From Chrysomallon squamiferum (Eukaryota > Animalia > Mollusca), in NCBI GenBank assembly GCA_012295275.1, contig CM022666.1, forward strand, positions 8,122,001-8,186,000: DNA of 64,000 bases, written 5' to 3'. The notes beneath the pieces are model-generated. The model ran no database searches. It saw only the letters and a list, made by a program, of their open reading frames with translations, and was not told the DNA's origin. The translations under genes and the position numbers were made by a program. Below are positions 23,409-38,296 of the stretch, piece by piece (the first letter of the stretch is position 1; the number at the start of each line of letters is the position of its first letter).

Positions 23409-26400
23409 TGTAAACTGTTACAATATTTCCAGGACAGTTTAATAAGTGTTTAATCAAGGAGATTGTCTGGTACAAATCTGAGGTGCAGCAAACTTTGAAG
23501 GGGTCACAAAATTAACATTACCACTAGCAGTCATTTTGCCCTATATGCATTATTTCTGTATTGAATTTAAATCAGTCTGGAGTTGTGTAATTAAAAAAAA
23601 ATATTACTTTCATTAAAAGTTTTAATAGTTTGTAAACATATCTTGCTGTGTGTATATTTACAATTAAAGTTGACAAAAAAGTTATTCCATTTTTGTAAAT
23701 TGTTTGCCCCTAGTGATCTATCTATCTGGAGGGTGATGGTTTTGAACTCCTTAGAGTGCAAAACAAGGACTCCCTAATGCCCCCCACAAAAAACCCACCC
23801 CAAATAGCAAAAAACAGCAGCATTGGCTCAGAGTTGAGTAAAGTAACATCAGCTTATAGTTTATATTGTTAATACTGGCCAGTTTTTCTATTAATAGTAA
23901 CATATCCTTGCTTTCCACACTAGCCAGCCTTATATATATTAACAAGAAAGGAAATTCACAACACATGATCATAAAATGACAAAGATACTCATAAATAATT
24001 AAAAAAACAACCACCCACAAATAAGATGTTTACAAAAAGTATTTAGACTGCCTCATAAACACAATGACAATAACTTGAATAAGAAAATAAGCTTTCAATA
24101 ACTAAGAAATTAACCAAATATTTTGACTATTTGTTAAAACCAGAAAAGATTCTTTTTATAAATAACAAATAAGAACAGTACACTACAATAATTTTGAATT
24201 GTTTAATCAAAATTTTTCTTAATAAAATTCTTAATCTAGAAAAAAAATAAATAATAAAAAACATCTTTACCGATTTCAGAGGAATGAAAATTAACTTTCT
24301 TTGAATTGTGATAGAAGTTATTACTACTAGACTGATAAAAATATGTGTGTGTGTGTGTGTGTGTATAAAGATGAAATAAAAATCATGATTGTTTTCATGT
24401 ATAGATTACATACTATATATTATCATCCTTTTATTTATAAAATGTTATTATTTTTCACTCATGAAGAGGTGTGATTGATTAAAGCACACTAAAAATGCAA
24501 GGGTGTTTAAAATACTAGTTGTAGAATATGGAATGTTGCCTGTAATAATGTTAAATAATGCTTTTTGACTTGATCAGAGAACAATTAGGATTTGTTTTAT
24601 TGAATATGGGACATTCACTTTATTATATGTATGTACACTTTAAAAACTTCTGTTGAATTAGAGATATATTTTGTATTTATATAATATGAAGTCTACAAGT
24701 AGAAATATAAAAGAAGAGGTTATCTTCCCTGCTCCTAATTGTAGAAATTGCTTATATGAAGAAGAAACGATGACTACATATTGTCGTTATCGGTGTGTTA
24801 CAACTTTAATTTAGTATTATTTATGACCTCCTATGCATGTAAATCCCCTTCATTCACCCTTAGAAATAATAATAATTGTTAAAATAAGAAAAATGTGTTT
24901 TTGGTTTACTTTCCAGGTCTTATTATTGGCGCCATAATCAGGTACACGAATATATCATCAAAGGAAATTGCTCATGCGGTTATCGTTAATGAATCGTTTT
25001 ATGCTGTCAACCCTCCTGAACATCTGTACGTGTCTCTTCCTAGAGACGTCAATTCATCAACTAATGTCACCATTAAGTATGACGTCATGGGAACTGTGTC
25101 AAAACCTCAAGAAGATGGAGCACTGGAGGAAACGGTAATCAAAAAAAAAAAAAATTAATGATAGTTTTTATGCATGATTTGTTGATTATGAGCCCATGTC
25201 TGTGAATAACTAGATAATCATACTGCTAAATGTTAAATATGTTTTAATAATATCTGTGAATAACTAGATACTGCCAAATACAAACTATTATACATGATTT
25301 GTTGATTTGTGAATAACTAGATAATCATACTGCTAAACGTTAAATATGTTTTAATAATGTCTGTGAATAACTAGATGCTGCCAAATACTAACTATGTTTT
25401 AATAATTAAGCCTGCATCTGTGGATAAGTAGACACTGTCAGATACTACATCTGTCTTAATAATTAGGCCAATATCTTTGGTGAAGCCATAATTATGGTAG
25501 TTGCAGCTGCCTAAAAAAAAAAAAAAACATTTTAAAATCCCAATCATTGTTGCTTCAGTTTCAACATAGCTTATTCTGTGATATTTGGGATCAAAATTAT
25601 TTTCAGGCAATTCTGTGAAATTGCATTCTCATCTGTGAAGAGAAAAAATCTTGACTTTGGTTGTATTCATTAGCCAGCTTTTGTATTGATGTGATGAAAA
25701 CACTGTACATGAGAGATACAGTTATAGCTAATTGTACAGAAGAAGTTAATTAATCAGTTAATTTAAGTTTTATTTTTTTCAGGTGACCTTTGACCCAGAG
25801 TTGTTTTTTAATGTTTTGCTTCCTCTGATTATTTTTGAAGCTGGCTATAGCATGAAAAGGGTAAGTTGAAAAGAAAAATAACACATACAATTTGTAAGCT
25901 GAAAAATAACACATACAATTTGTAAGCTGAAAAATAATAATACCAAATGTAATTTTCATGTTGAAAAATAATAACAAATATATTTGTAAGTGGACAAATT
26001 ATAGCAACAAATACAATTTATCTCCATTAAATAATAAAATAAAACATCAAAATCAAAGGTAAAAAAAAAACATCCAAAGGATTCAAAAGGCACAAAGTCA
26101 AGTGAAATCTAAAATAAAAAGTGCATCTCCAAAAAACCCATTTAAAACAAAATAATAAAAACAAATCTAAAGAAAGAATTTAAAAATTAAAACATATTTG
26201 GTTTAAAAAATCTGTTTTTCATTCTCTCACTGGGTATTTTGAAAATATGTGCAAATTTATAAATCAAATTTGGAATAAATGGCTTGATTTCAAAACCATA
26301 CATTTTTAGATATTGGATTTTTAGTTAGTGCAGTGTCTCATGTGCTTGAGATAATTGATGGACATTTCATATTTGTGGTATTGGTAGCTTTGTAAACTTT

Positions 26401-26527
26401 TGGTGGCCATCTTTAAACATATCTGTCTGATTTGTTCCTGATACAGTAAACAGGCTACAGCTCTAAGCCATCTTTACCTAAGAACATGCAATTTGTATTA
26501 TTTTGTTCTGTATAAAATTCTGACATG

Positions 26528-26588
<61 letters not shown>

Positions 26589-29500
26589 ATGCTTATTTTA
26601 TAATGGATTTAATTGTAAAATTAAGACAACTTGCAGAAAAATGCAGAATTTTTCAAGTTTTTTCATAAGACACAAAACTATCAATCTGAAACATCCAGCA
26701 ATTATTTTTAGACACTAGACATAATACTAATTTAATATCCATTGGATCTGTTCACTGATGTGATACTGAACTCTGATCTGGCTTAAGGACTAATTTTATT
26801 TGTCATGGATACTGGAACTTATAAACAGCATTTAAATTAATAAGTGTTTATTATGTTGTAATTAACAACAGATTCACCCAGAAGATAACAGATGTTTTAA
26901 TTAACAAGAACAAAATTTAAAATACTATCAAAACAAAAACCTGTTAAATCTGAATAAATTTGATTATTTCATCAAGTATTAAACATGCTTAATTTTCAGT
27001 CAGTATATAAACTGGAAAATATTGGTTAAAATTTACTCATTTTATATATTTATTATTTTAATAAATTAAATATCATATTTATTAGAGAATATATTAGTAA
27101 GAAATTATTCACATTGTATATATTTAAATAACATATTTATTGGTGAATATATTGGTTAAAGATAATTCATTTTGTGTATGTGGTTGTGTGTTGTGTTGTG
27201 TAAATGAAAGAAATAACATTAATTTGAAAATATATTGGTTAAAAATTATTCAGTTTGTGAGTAATTTAAATGAAAGAATTGGAGAATTGGAGAATTTACT
27301 GGTTGAAATTTATTCACTTTGTTTATGTGTGACCGCTCACATGAAATCAGGTCTTGAGGCCCACAGCCAAATACAGAGCTTTCACCAGCAGTAGTGGAAT
27401 GATACAGTCATTTTCTGTTTTGATATTTTGTTAAAAATGGGTTTGAAAACTTTACATACCTTGTGTCTTTGAAAGATATTAATCCTGAGGTGTGTTTTGA
27501 AGCCCTTTTATGAACACTACTATTTGTTGGATGCATTTGTCTGGACAAATATTGTCACATCAGATGAATCTGGAACTAAACATGATACAGGATGAATTAG
27601 GAATCGAAAAAAAAGCCTAAGGAGTCATGAATATGAAAATATTCACTCAGCCAAAATGTGACTTGAGACCTGGTTTAATGTGATGGGTTCAATCTGAATG
27701 GATTAAATAGATAACTAAATCGGTAATTCTTTTGTGCAGTATTGTTTTGTTTATTTATTTCTTTTTAATTATTAATTAACATAAACCCACCTCAACCCAA
27801 AAACCCCAACAATAATTGTTTATTTTTACTTATCTGTTTTTCTTCTATTGAATATTCTCATTACTACTGCTACTGTTACCTCCAGTTATTTATGTATTTA
27901 CATTTTTTCACCTTGAATTTATTTATTTTCTTTTCTTTTAGCGGCATTTTTTCAAGAATCTAGGAGCCATTATTACATATGCTTTTATAGGAACGACAGT
28001 GTCATGTTTGGTAGTAGGGTAAGTACTATGACAGAATAACTAATACAAATTTTGTATTTAAATTTACTTTTATTCTTAAATTTTACTGATTATGTAATAC
28101 AATTTAGTTATTTTTATATGTAAATTTTATTATTTTTTTTAAATTTCACTGATCATATGATACTATTTAATTATATTACCTGTAAATTTTATTATCACTG
28201 AGTGAATAATTCAGTTATACATAAATGTAATTTTATTATTATCTTTAAATTTCATCAAATAAATAATACCATTTTATTATATTTGAGTGCAATATTCACA
28301 TTTTAAATTTGACCAGATAAATAATAGTTTTAATTATATTTAAATATAATATTATTACCAGTTTTAAATTTCATTAAGTAAATAAAATAGTTAAATCTAG
28401 ATTTTACTATGATTTTAACCATTTTAGTATTATTATAATAACTTTATATAATTTTTATAATTGTGCACACATTTAATAATATTTTAAAATAAATTTCTTG
28501 AGAAAATGTTTATAATTTTTAGCTGGTTTCTTTTCTGTTTTTAGTGGTATTCTGTATGGTTTCACCAGACTGATGACCATCAACTTTAGTCTTAACGACT
28601 GCTTCTTTTTTGGTGCTGTGATTTCAGCTACAGATCCAGGTAACGTTGTACTGCTTTATTGTTCCACCTCATTGTCTGTTTTCTCTGTCATCACTTAGAC
28701 GTAATTTTGTAACTGATAGAGTAATGTGAACCTTACGTGTTTATTTGTTCTTTTATTTGGTCATTTATCCAACAGGCTTAAAAGGCTTACTGTTTTTGGT
28801 ACAGGCGTAGATTATTTACCCATTTATCCATCCCTTATTCTTTTTTTGTTCTATTATAACTTAAGTTCAGTGTACTTGTAAAACTAACAGAGGTAATCTA
28901 TTCCTGTGCCTGTTTCCATCATCTTTCACTGTCTCTGTTGTAACTTAGATGTGATTCAGTTCTAAAGCTGACATCAGTAATCTATCCTTGTATCTATTTC
29001 ATTCAATGTCGTTTTGGCTTTGTTACAAGTTAGATTTGATTTAGTTCTGAAACTGAAAAGGATAATCTCCCTCATACCAATTTACTTCTTCATTTTTTGT
29101 CTAATTTACTCTTTTACAGTTTGTACAAAATTTCTTTCTTTGTTCTTAATTTCAGCTCTGTAATTTTTTTTTCTCCCAAATACTGATCTCATATTTATAA
29201 TTTTAATTTATTTTTCAGTCACTGTTTTGGCAATATTTCATGATCTACATGTCGATGTCGATTTGTACGCCATCATATTCGGAGAGAGTGTTCTCAACGA
29301 TGCTGTTGCAATTGTTTTGTCAGGGTAGATATTTTTTTATTTTACATTTGTCTTTCCTTAATCTCTTAACATTTAGACTAAAGGATTAATTTCTTCCTTT
29401 GTTACTTTTTATAAAACATCTTTTTCCTTTTTATGTTTAATTATTTATTTGTTTCTTTATATGTTATCTTTATTCATTCTGTTTGTTCCTGATGTGTTTA

Positions 29501-29919
29501 TCATTATGCATTGGCTTTATTTCAATTTATATTTAATTTTTCTCTTACCTCTATATTACAGGTTTTGTGGTTGTTGTTGTTGTTGCTTTTTGTGGGGGTT
29601 TTGTATTCTTAAAAAAAATTTTCTTTGTGTATTTCTTTGATACATGTATTTGTATTTTATCTTCATTTGATTTTCTGGTTTACTTATTTATATGTTGTAA
29701 CCAATTAATAGTAAAACTGTATAATTATCGTTTGTAAAATCTTTTTGTTTTTCAATAGGTCTGTTGAAAAGTATGGAACTCTACAATCCAAAACCGGATT
29801 TAGTGCAGAAGCTTTTTTCAAATCTCTCAGCAATTTTCTAGGGATATTTGCAGGAGCATTTGCTATTGGATCTGCTATAGGCTGCTTTACTGCTCTGGTA
29901 TTTGTAAATCTTTTAATTT

Positions 29920-29970
<51 letters not shown>

Positions 29971-30270
29971 TTGTAAAAATTGTTGAAACTACTCCTTAGT
30001 ATTTAATAAGCATTTAAGTATTTTATCTTTTTAATCTTTACTTAACAGAATAAATATATTAAGTTTATTTTATTGGTTAAACTCAAATGTTGTTGAGGTT
30101 CAGTTATAATTTTTACCATCAGTTATTATATTTCATTAACATGATTTTGACGTGCGGTTATGTCAATGGATTAATTAATAGTGTTTATCAGGTGATAATT
30201 CTGAAACATTTAATCTCATTATCTGTGAGCATACATTTACAAATGTACCCCAACACTCACATGCATGCAT

Positions 30271-30316
<46 letters not shown>

Positions 30317-31045
30317 TCATCTATACAAATATTAATTATGGATATATGCTTGAATACAGTTTCAAGTGTATACACTGATATGCTTATACACACACACACA
30401 TATTTATATTGTCATATCCTTACTTGTATATGCATGCAGTTATTATTTATTATTATTATTAGAAATATTCTTGTTAATATTATTGTTTTTGTCATTATTA
30501 ATATTCTTGTTACTATTATAATTATTACTGTTATTATTGTAACCCAAGCATAATAAAATACACATGAATAAATTGATTACGATCATCTTTATTACATTTA
30601 TCATTCTTCTTGTCATCATCCTTATCATTATCATCATCATTGCTATCAGCATCATTATTATCATCATACTGTTTTTTATTATCCTTTTTAATCTTATCAC
30701 CGTCACCATCATCATCACTTCCATCTTATCATAATTATTATAATCATCCTTTTTATTGTCATTGTTATTATCATCATTCTTTTTATTATTACTGTATTGC
30801 TATCATCATCATCATTATTATAATTATTACCATTATTGTCATCATTATTGTTATCATGATGATTATGTTTATTATTTGTGTTTTGTAGCTGACAAAGTTT
30901 ACAAAGATCCGGGATTTCCCACTGCTTGAGACTGCTCTGTTTTTTCTCATGTCCTACAGTTCATTCCAAGCTGCAGAAAGTACAGGTCTTACAGGTAGAT
31001 ACTGTTCTGTTTCATCAGTTCTGTTATTACTGACTAAAAAAAAAT

Positions 31046-31105
<60 letters not shown>

Positions 31106-32535
31106 CTACTGCTGTCATGGACTCTGCTTTTGTTGCATCATTTCGCAGTAACTCCTACATTCTTCAACATGGGTTGGTTTTAAAGTAATTTTATAGTTTT
31201 CAGTTTTATATCTAGCAGAGTTTTAGAATGTTGATTATTGCTTGGGTGGTGGATTGAAAGATTGTTTGACTACACCAGTACCAGTCCATTTATCCAGCAA
31301 ATTGGGTACAGATGATGACCTGGGAATAAAATACACCTAAAATATAAACTAAAAACTGAAAACTAGAGAGTAAAACTTTATTTAACAGACTTAAATTAAA
31401 ATGTTTTGAAAGCCCAAGCTTAGACTTTTAAGCCAGATCCAACAGCAGGTGTCATGGTTGGACTTCATATTTGGTGTGGGTGCCTGTAAATTTGGAAGAT
31501 CTCTGTGTTTTCTGGAAGCTGAAATGTATAGTCATGCAGCTGTAATATGTGTTTTAGGCCTGTTTTATTAGTTTTCTGTGGGCTGAAACATTTGAAAATA
31601 TCCCTTGATGTTAATTTGTATAGTAGTAGCCTTTGAGGGATGGAAGCTGATTTCCTTTGTCAGACTATGTTGGTGGAATATCAGGGAAAAATTCCCATAA
31701 AACAATACCAGGAATTTGCCAGAGGTGAATTTTCAAATGACTAGAATTCATTTTGAATCAACACACAATAATGAGATTTATTTTTTAAAATTGCATTTTT
31801 CAAAACATTGTAAATTTAAAAATTTTTAAAAATAAAAAAAATTAAACAATGTGCAAAATCCCAAATAAAGAACAGCAGAAAAAAGCAACACACACACATA
31901 TATAATAAAACATTAATAAATAACTGAACAATTTATTCTTATATACTTTTCTAAGATTGGTGAAAAAGATCTCACCTCAAATATTTATTATTTATTTTTT
32001 TAAATTTGTATTTTCAGGAATTGTGGCTGTTCTGTTCTGTGGTATTACCCAGGCTCATTACACTCAGAACAACTTGTCAGAAGAATCCAAGACTAGAACA
32101 AAACAGGTACTTTTACTTTCACTTCACAGACTCTCATTTACAGTAAATAATAATGATGATAATAATAATAATACAAATAATACTAATGATTTTAATACCA
32201 AAACAATCATGAGGTTATCAAATGATAATCAAAATGATGATGTTAATGCTAATATTAAAGATGAAAATGATCCTGATGATTATACAAATCAGAAATAGGT
32301 AGAACTGATGAGGGTTTTTTCATCTAATGTATTTATTTTTATGCATATGTTTGAGTTGAGCAATTACTAAAATGAGAGCTTTCAATTTACAGTCATGAAA
32401 TGTTATTAATTTATGTATGTATTTGTAGGTCTGAAAATAGGTAATTTTATTTTCAGTTTAATAGATTTTTTAATTTGTAATATATTATTATATGCTTTCA
32501 TTGTTTTGGTGTATTTAATTAAATCATACATATAA

Positions 32536-32566
<31 letters not shown>

Positions 32567-33338
32567 AAAATGACTTTAAATAATAATTTAACATTAAAAT
32601 GTTCATGTTTTATTTTTTTCAGTTGTTTGAGTTGACCGGTTTTCTCTCCGAGAATTTTGTATTTTTGTACATTGGTGTGTCAATCTTCACTTTTCAATAC
32701 CAAAAGTGGCATGCTGGCTTCATTTTCTGTGCATTGGTATCCTTTATAATGTGTGTGTGTGTGTTTATTTTTACATAAGTAAGTAAATGAACATTTAAAT
32801 CTCTTTACATCTATTTGTGTATGTGAGTATGTGTCTGTATAAATGAAGAATATATTATACATTTTTTATTTATTTATTTTTTCGACAGCTTTTTTTTTAA
32901 TTTTTATAAATGATCAATTATTAATTTATTTTTAATGATAAAAATGAGTTATAAATCTTTAACATGGCTTCCAGTTTTCTTCAATTGCAGCTAGAGCATT
33001 TAATGTGTACCCCTTGTCTTTCATGCTGAACCTTGGTCGTACAAACAAAGTCAAGTTAAAGTTTCAACACATGATGATGTTTTCTGGTGAGTTTTTAGTG
33101 TAATAATAGTCCTACTACAGCTACTACTGTTACTCCCTCGAAAACTATTACAACAACAGCTACAGCTAACACTACTATTACTGATACTAATGATGATGAT
33201 TTTAATATTACTAAAAAATAACCACTTTGAGTCTAAATAACAATAAATAATAATAATAACAGCAACAATAATAATAATGATTTTAATATAAATAAAAATA
33301 AGAATCAAAAGACTATAAGAATAACTGTAATAATGATT

Positions 33339-33375
<37 letters not shown>

Positions 33376-34281
33376 TCATGAGGTTATAAAATAATCATCA
33401 AAATGATGGTGTTAATGCTGATATAATGATAATATTCATCCTGATGATTATACATGTCAGAAATAGGTAGAACTGATGTTGTTTTTTTCTAATGTATTTT
33501 ATATTTTATGCGTAGGTTTGAGAGGAGCAATTGCGTTTGCTCTGTCAATCAGAAACACATCTACTGATGCGCGGCAGATGATGGTCCCAGCCACAATGAT
33601 CATTGTGCTGTCCACAGTGATAATCTGTGGGTGCTTGACCACACCCATGCTTCAGTGGTTGCAGATTAGGTGTGTGTTGCTGTATTTTCTACTTCATTTT
33701 AGTTTCTTCCTTTCTCCCTTTCTTTATTTCTTTATAAAAAATTTGTATCTATCTTTCCTTCTTTCTTGTATCCTTTATTTATTAATATATATATATATAA
33801 AAAATATCTTTCATTATTTGTATCTTTTATTCCTTATTAGTATTTTTTCTTTCTTTGTTTTTTTTATTCTTTATTTTTTGTTAATTTTTTTTATCATTCT
33901 TTTGCTCCATTCTTTATTTCTTTATTACTTTTTTTTTCTTTCTTTTTTCTTTCCATTATTCTCTGGGGGTTTTCTCATCTTTTTTTGGATTTCTTTAGTA
34001 ATTTGTTTTTGAATCTTTCTTTGTTAATTATTATTTTTTATCTGTTTTACTTTTTATTATTATTATTTTTTTTAAATTTTTCTCGATTTTCTATTTATTA
34101 TTTAATTTAATTAATTATAATTCAAATACAAATTTCTTTATATAAAATTTAGAATATAATAATTTATTTTCTGTAGACGTCCATTTAATGTCTAATTATT
34201 CTTTCTCATGCAATATCTCACCTTCTATATCTGTCTCTGTACAGAAGTATCTCTCTCTCTCTCCCTCTGTCCCTCTCACTC

Positions 34282-34312
<31 letters not shown>

Positions 34313-34667
34313 TTGGTACCATTTGTCTTTTTTCTTTATCTTTTGTCTGTCTTTATGTCTTTATTTCTGTCTCTTTATATAAATATATGAAGTACAACTA
34401 TTAAAATTTAGAAAAAAATAAAGTGTCTGATTAATGCTTTTCATACAATTGCAAGTAAATAAATTATAAAAGAAACCCCTTTTTTTCTTTCTTTTTTTTC
34501 AGTGTTGGAGTTGATGAAGATTTAGAGCTGCAGAATGTTAGAAGTGTGAGTTATTTTCCTTCATAATTACTCTTTTTTTCCTTCTTGATTACTAACATGA
34601 CAGCCCCCAACACCCCAAAAATACAGCTATTTAATATTTTTTAAGTAATAATACAATCTAAATATAT

Positions 34668-34709
<42 letters not shown>

Positions 34710-36836
34710 TACAATTCTGAATTCAGTATTTTCTTTATAACTGCAAAAAAAACATCTATCAAAACTATATCATTTCATTGTGCTTAATTAATGCTTTTAT
34801 GTCCCTAGCCAAATTACAAATAACATGCATGTTTTGCCTTTCATTCATTAACACTATATACATTTCGCCTATTATTTTACTCATTATTTATTTATTACTA
34901 CTATTATTATTACTATTATTATTACTAGGTAATTTTTTTTTTTTTTTTTATATCTACCAGTAATGTATAAAAACATTTTCATTTTAATTGTTGAATTTAG
35001 AACATACCTGTTATCTTGATGATATTTTTAGTTTTGGGGAATTTATGAATTTATGAAAGAAAGGATGTTTGACTTTTTATATATATATTGAACAAAATGT
35101 TTTGCCTTTGTGTCACAAACTTAAAAATGTAGCTGTTTTTAGAAGCACAAAATCTCAGACAGGACAGTACAGACCCAAGAGTTTTTGTAAATATTACAGT
35201 ACAATTCTTTTTTCCAATAATAAAAAGCCTTTCTACAAGTGGTAACATACATACTAAATTTTATATCCTTTTGCAAATAGACAAAAGCAAAGAAAGAGAA
35301 AAATTCATTAAAAATACATATGTACTGATGAATTGAATGAGAATTAGAAATGGATAATTGTTTACAAAGAATTATTATCTTTTTTTCATTTCCATAATTT
35401 TAAAAATAATATTTTGCCTCTCATTTTTTTTTAGCATGATTTCAAGGATATTGTTTTTCTTCTTCTTTCATTGACCATAAACAGATTTATCATGAACTAT
35501 TTTTACATCCACTTCCATGCACTCAGATCCATTTATTTGTTTATCTTTTGGGCAGGCAGTTAAAACAACTTGGCTAACTGAACATTATTATTCTTATTCT
35601 GCGTTTATCTTTATATATCTTGTAGAGAATGGCTTTGGAAAATTTTAAAATAAATATGTCAAGTCTTTTAAATATTTATAATAGTGTTTGAACTGGAAGA
35701 AAACAAATCGGATTGTGTTTTATTTATTTATTTATTTATTTATATTTTGGGATAATTAATCCAGTTTTTATCTTTGTTTTTGTAATGACTGGGCTTGCTT
35801 TGGCAAGTGATCTATACTGTTCAGTTAAACAGTTGATGGTATAAACTGAGAGGAATGTATGTAGAGTTTTTCTAATAACTAAATAAAGGCAGGCAAATAG
35901 CAAGTTTTCTAATAACCAATTTAAGATACAGGCAAATAACTGGAGTTTTCTAATAACCAATTTAAGCTAAAGGCAAATACCTGGGGTTTTCTAATAACCA
36001 ATTTAAGATACATGCAAATGACTGCAGTTTTCTAATAACCAATTTATGTTAAAGGCAAATAACTGGAGATTTGACAAATACCTTGAATTATTATTTTTTT
36101 TAATTACCACTTTATGATATGGGCATATTTACAGTTGAGTCTGATAAACAGATAAATGGAACTGACTGTATTATAAAAATTCAGCTTTTCTGTATTTTAT
36201 CTATTTATTATTATTATTTTTAAGGTGTTGGTTAAGTGTTGTCCTGGTATCTTATTAATAACCTGTATCTGCAGCCTTATACATTACTTACCCTCATAAA
36301 TACTGACATCATGTTACTTACCCTCATAAATACTGACATCATGTTACTTACCCTCATAATCTACACTGTTTTCATATCATCATCTTAATCCACTCTGTGC
36401 TCATGTTACTTATTCTTATAATCTACACTTTTGATATTACTTACCCTTTAATCTACACTGTCCTCATATCTCCTTAATCTACATTATCCTTATATTACTT
36501 ACCAGCCTAATCTGTATTTTTATTATATTGCTTATATTCTCAATCTATATTATTCTTATATTATTTGTCATTCTTATTATCAACAATGTCAGTTTTCTTA
36601 TCTTAATCATTTGAGATTTAATATGTTAATTATCCTTCTAACTTCTAAGGATATTCTGCTTGTTTTACTTCTGTTTCTTTAAGTATTCTGTGTTACTTAT
36701 TTTTAGTTATCAACATTAATTATTCATATATTTCTCATTTTACTTATCTTCCATATCAGCATTGTTTCTGTGTTAACAAAATATCATATTCATTAAAATT
36801 ATCATTTCTTTTCCTTCTTCTTCTTATTATTATTAA

Positions 36837-36875
<39 letters not shown>

Positions 36876-38265
36876 TTTTGTTATTATTAGTTGTTCAGAA
36901 AATAGAAAATATGAACTTTAATAAGAAACAAATCTGAAAATTATTTTGACATTTCAGATATGTAACTCCATTTTTTAAGTCTTTTTGGTGGTTAGGTTGA
37001 GATTTTGTTATGCAGACCAGCTGTTTTTTACCACATAATAAATATTTTAAACAAGTTAAAATAGCAAACCCACTGTTACTAACACAACATAACTGATATT
37101 ATACATGTTTCAAACCATTGTTCTTTAATTACCTTTGTGTTAAAGTTATTCTGTGTAGTGTCAAAAGTCTTCTCTGAATTTTTTGTTGAGCTTGTCCTGT
37201 GTGATGATGAAGATAATAACTAGTTTATTTTTTATCCCTTTTTAAAAAAAACATTATGCTTGTTAATTGTTGAAATACCTTTGTAATATTTACACCCTTT
37301 GGAAATCACAGCATGTTTTAGCATCTCACCAAGACCACTCAATGATTTTTCTCTATTTTACATATATTTTTTTGAAATTATAAATTGAAATTCTTATATT
37401 TACAAATATGCATGCATCAAATTTAAAAACAGCAAAAAAAGATTTAAAAAAAAGGAAGAAACATGAAATTAAAATTAAAAATTAAAATAATTTAATATTA
37501 CACACATTTATTTCAATTGTAATTCCACAGTTGGTTAAATAAAATAAAATAATTTTTGCTAAGACTTTTAAATTCTTTTTACCAATTAAAAATAATGTGA
37601 CATTGTTTTAAAATATTTCCTTTTAAAATAGTATTTCTTTAAAGTAGCATAAACATTTTGAAAATAGTTCAATCAGTTAAATAATGGTTCCTGCAATTTT
37701 AGAGTATGTTTTCAATTTTAAACAAATATTTTATTGTAATTTTAATTGTGAAAATTTATTTTCAAATATTAACATTTTTGTTTAATTATAAAAAATAATC
37801 AAATCTACAGTTTATCCTTATTCATATTTTTCTTAAAGTTTAAAAAAATATTTAATGTAATTTTTTTTTTTTACATTATAAATTTTAAATGTTATATATT
37901 AAACAAAATTTACATTTTCATACACTTGTTATTTTTTTCTTTAATTTAAAATATATAAATTCATAAATAAATTAACATTACTAATATTTTACAATTTTCT
38001 TTACCTTTCAACATTCATAAGCTAATTTTAAATTTTAATTATAATTTTTTTTTTTAAATAATGAGATATATATGAATCTTATTGAAATGTTAAAAGTAAA
38101 TAGATTTTTTTATCATGTAAACTAAATTTCATACATTTTTATTTTGGTAATTTTTTTTCTTTTTTTAAATTCCATTTATGAACATTTCTAAATACATTTT
38201 CCTATTAAAATTTTAAAATTTACATTTTTTAACAAAATGTATTTATTAATTTATTTATTAATTTT

Positions 38266-38296
<31 letters not shown>

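Noticed and set aside
25685-26790. RTGATGA/CTGA-like words that might suggest intronic C/D snoRNAs
   Set aside because: No properly spaced C and D boxes with a terminal stem or recognisable rRNA guide. No tRNA, rRNA or snRNA was recognised anywhere in the window.
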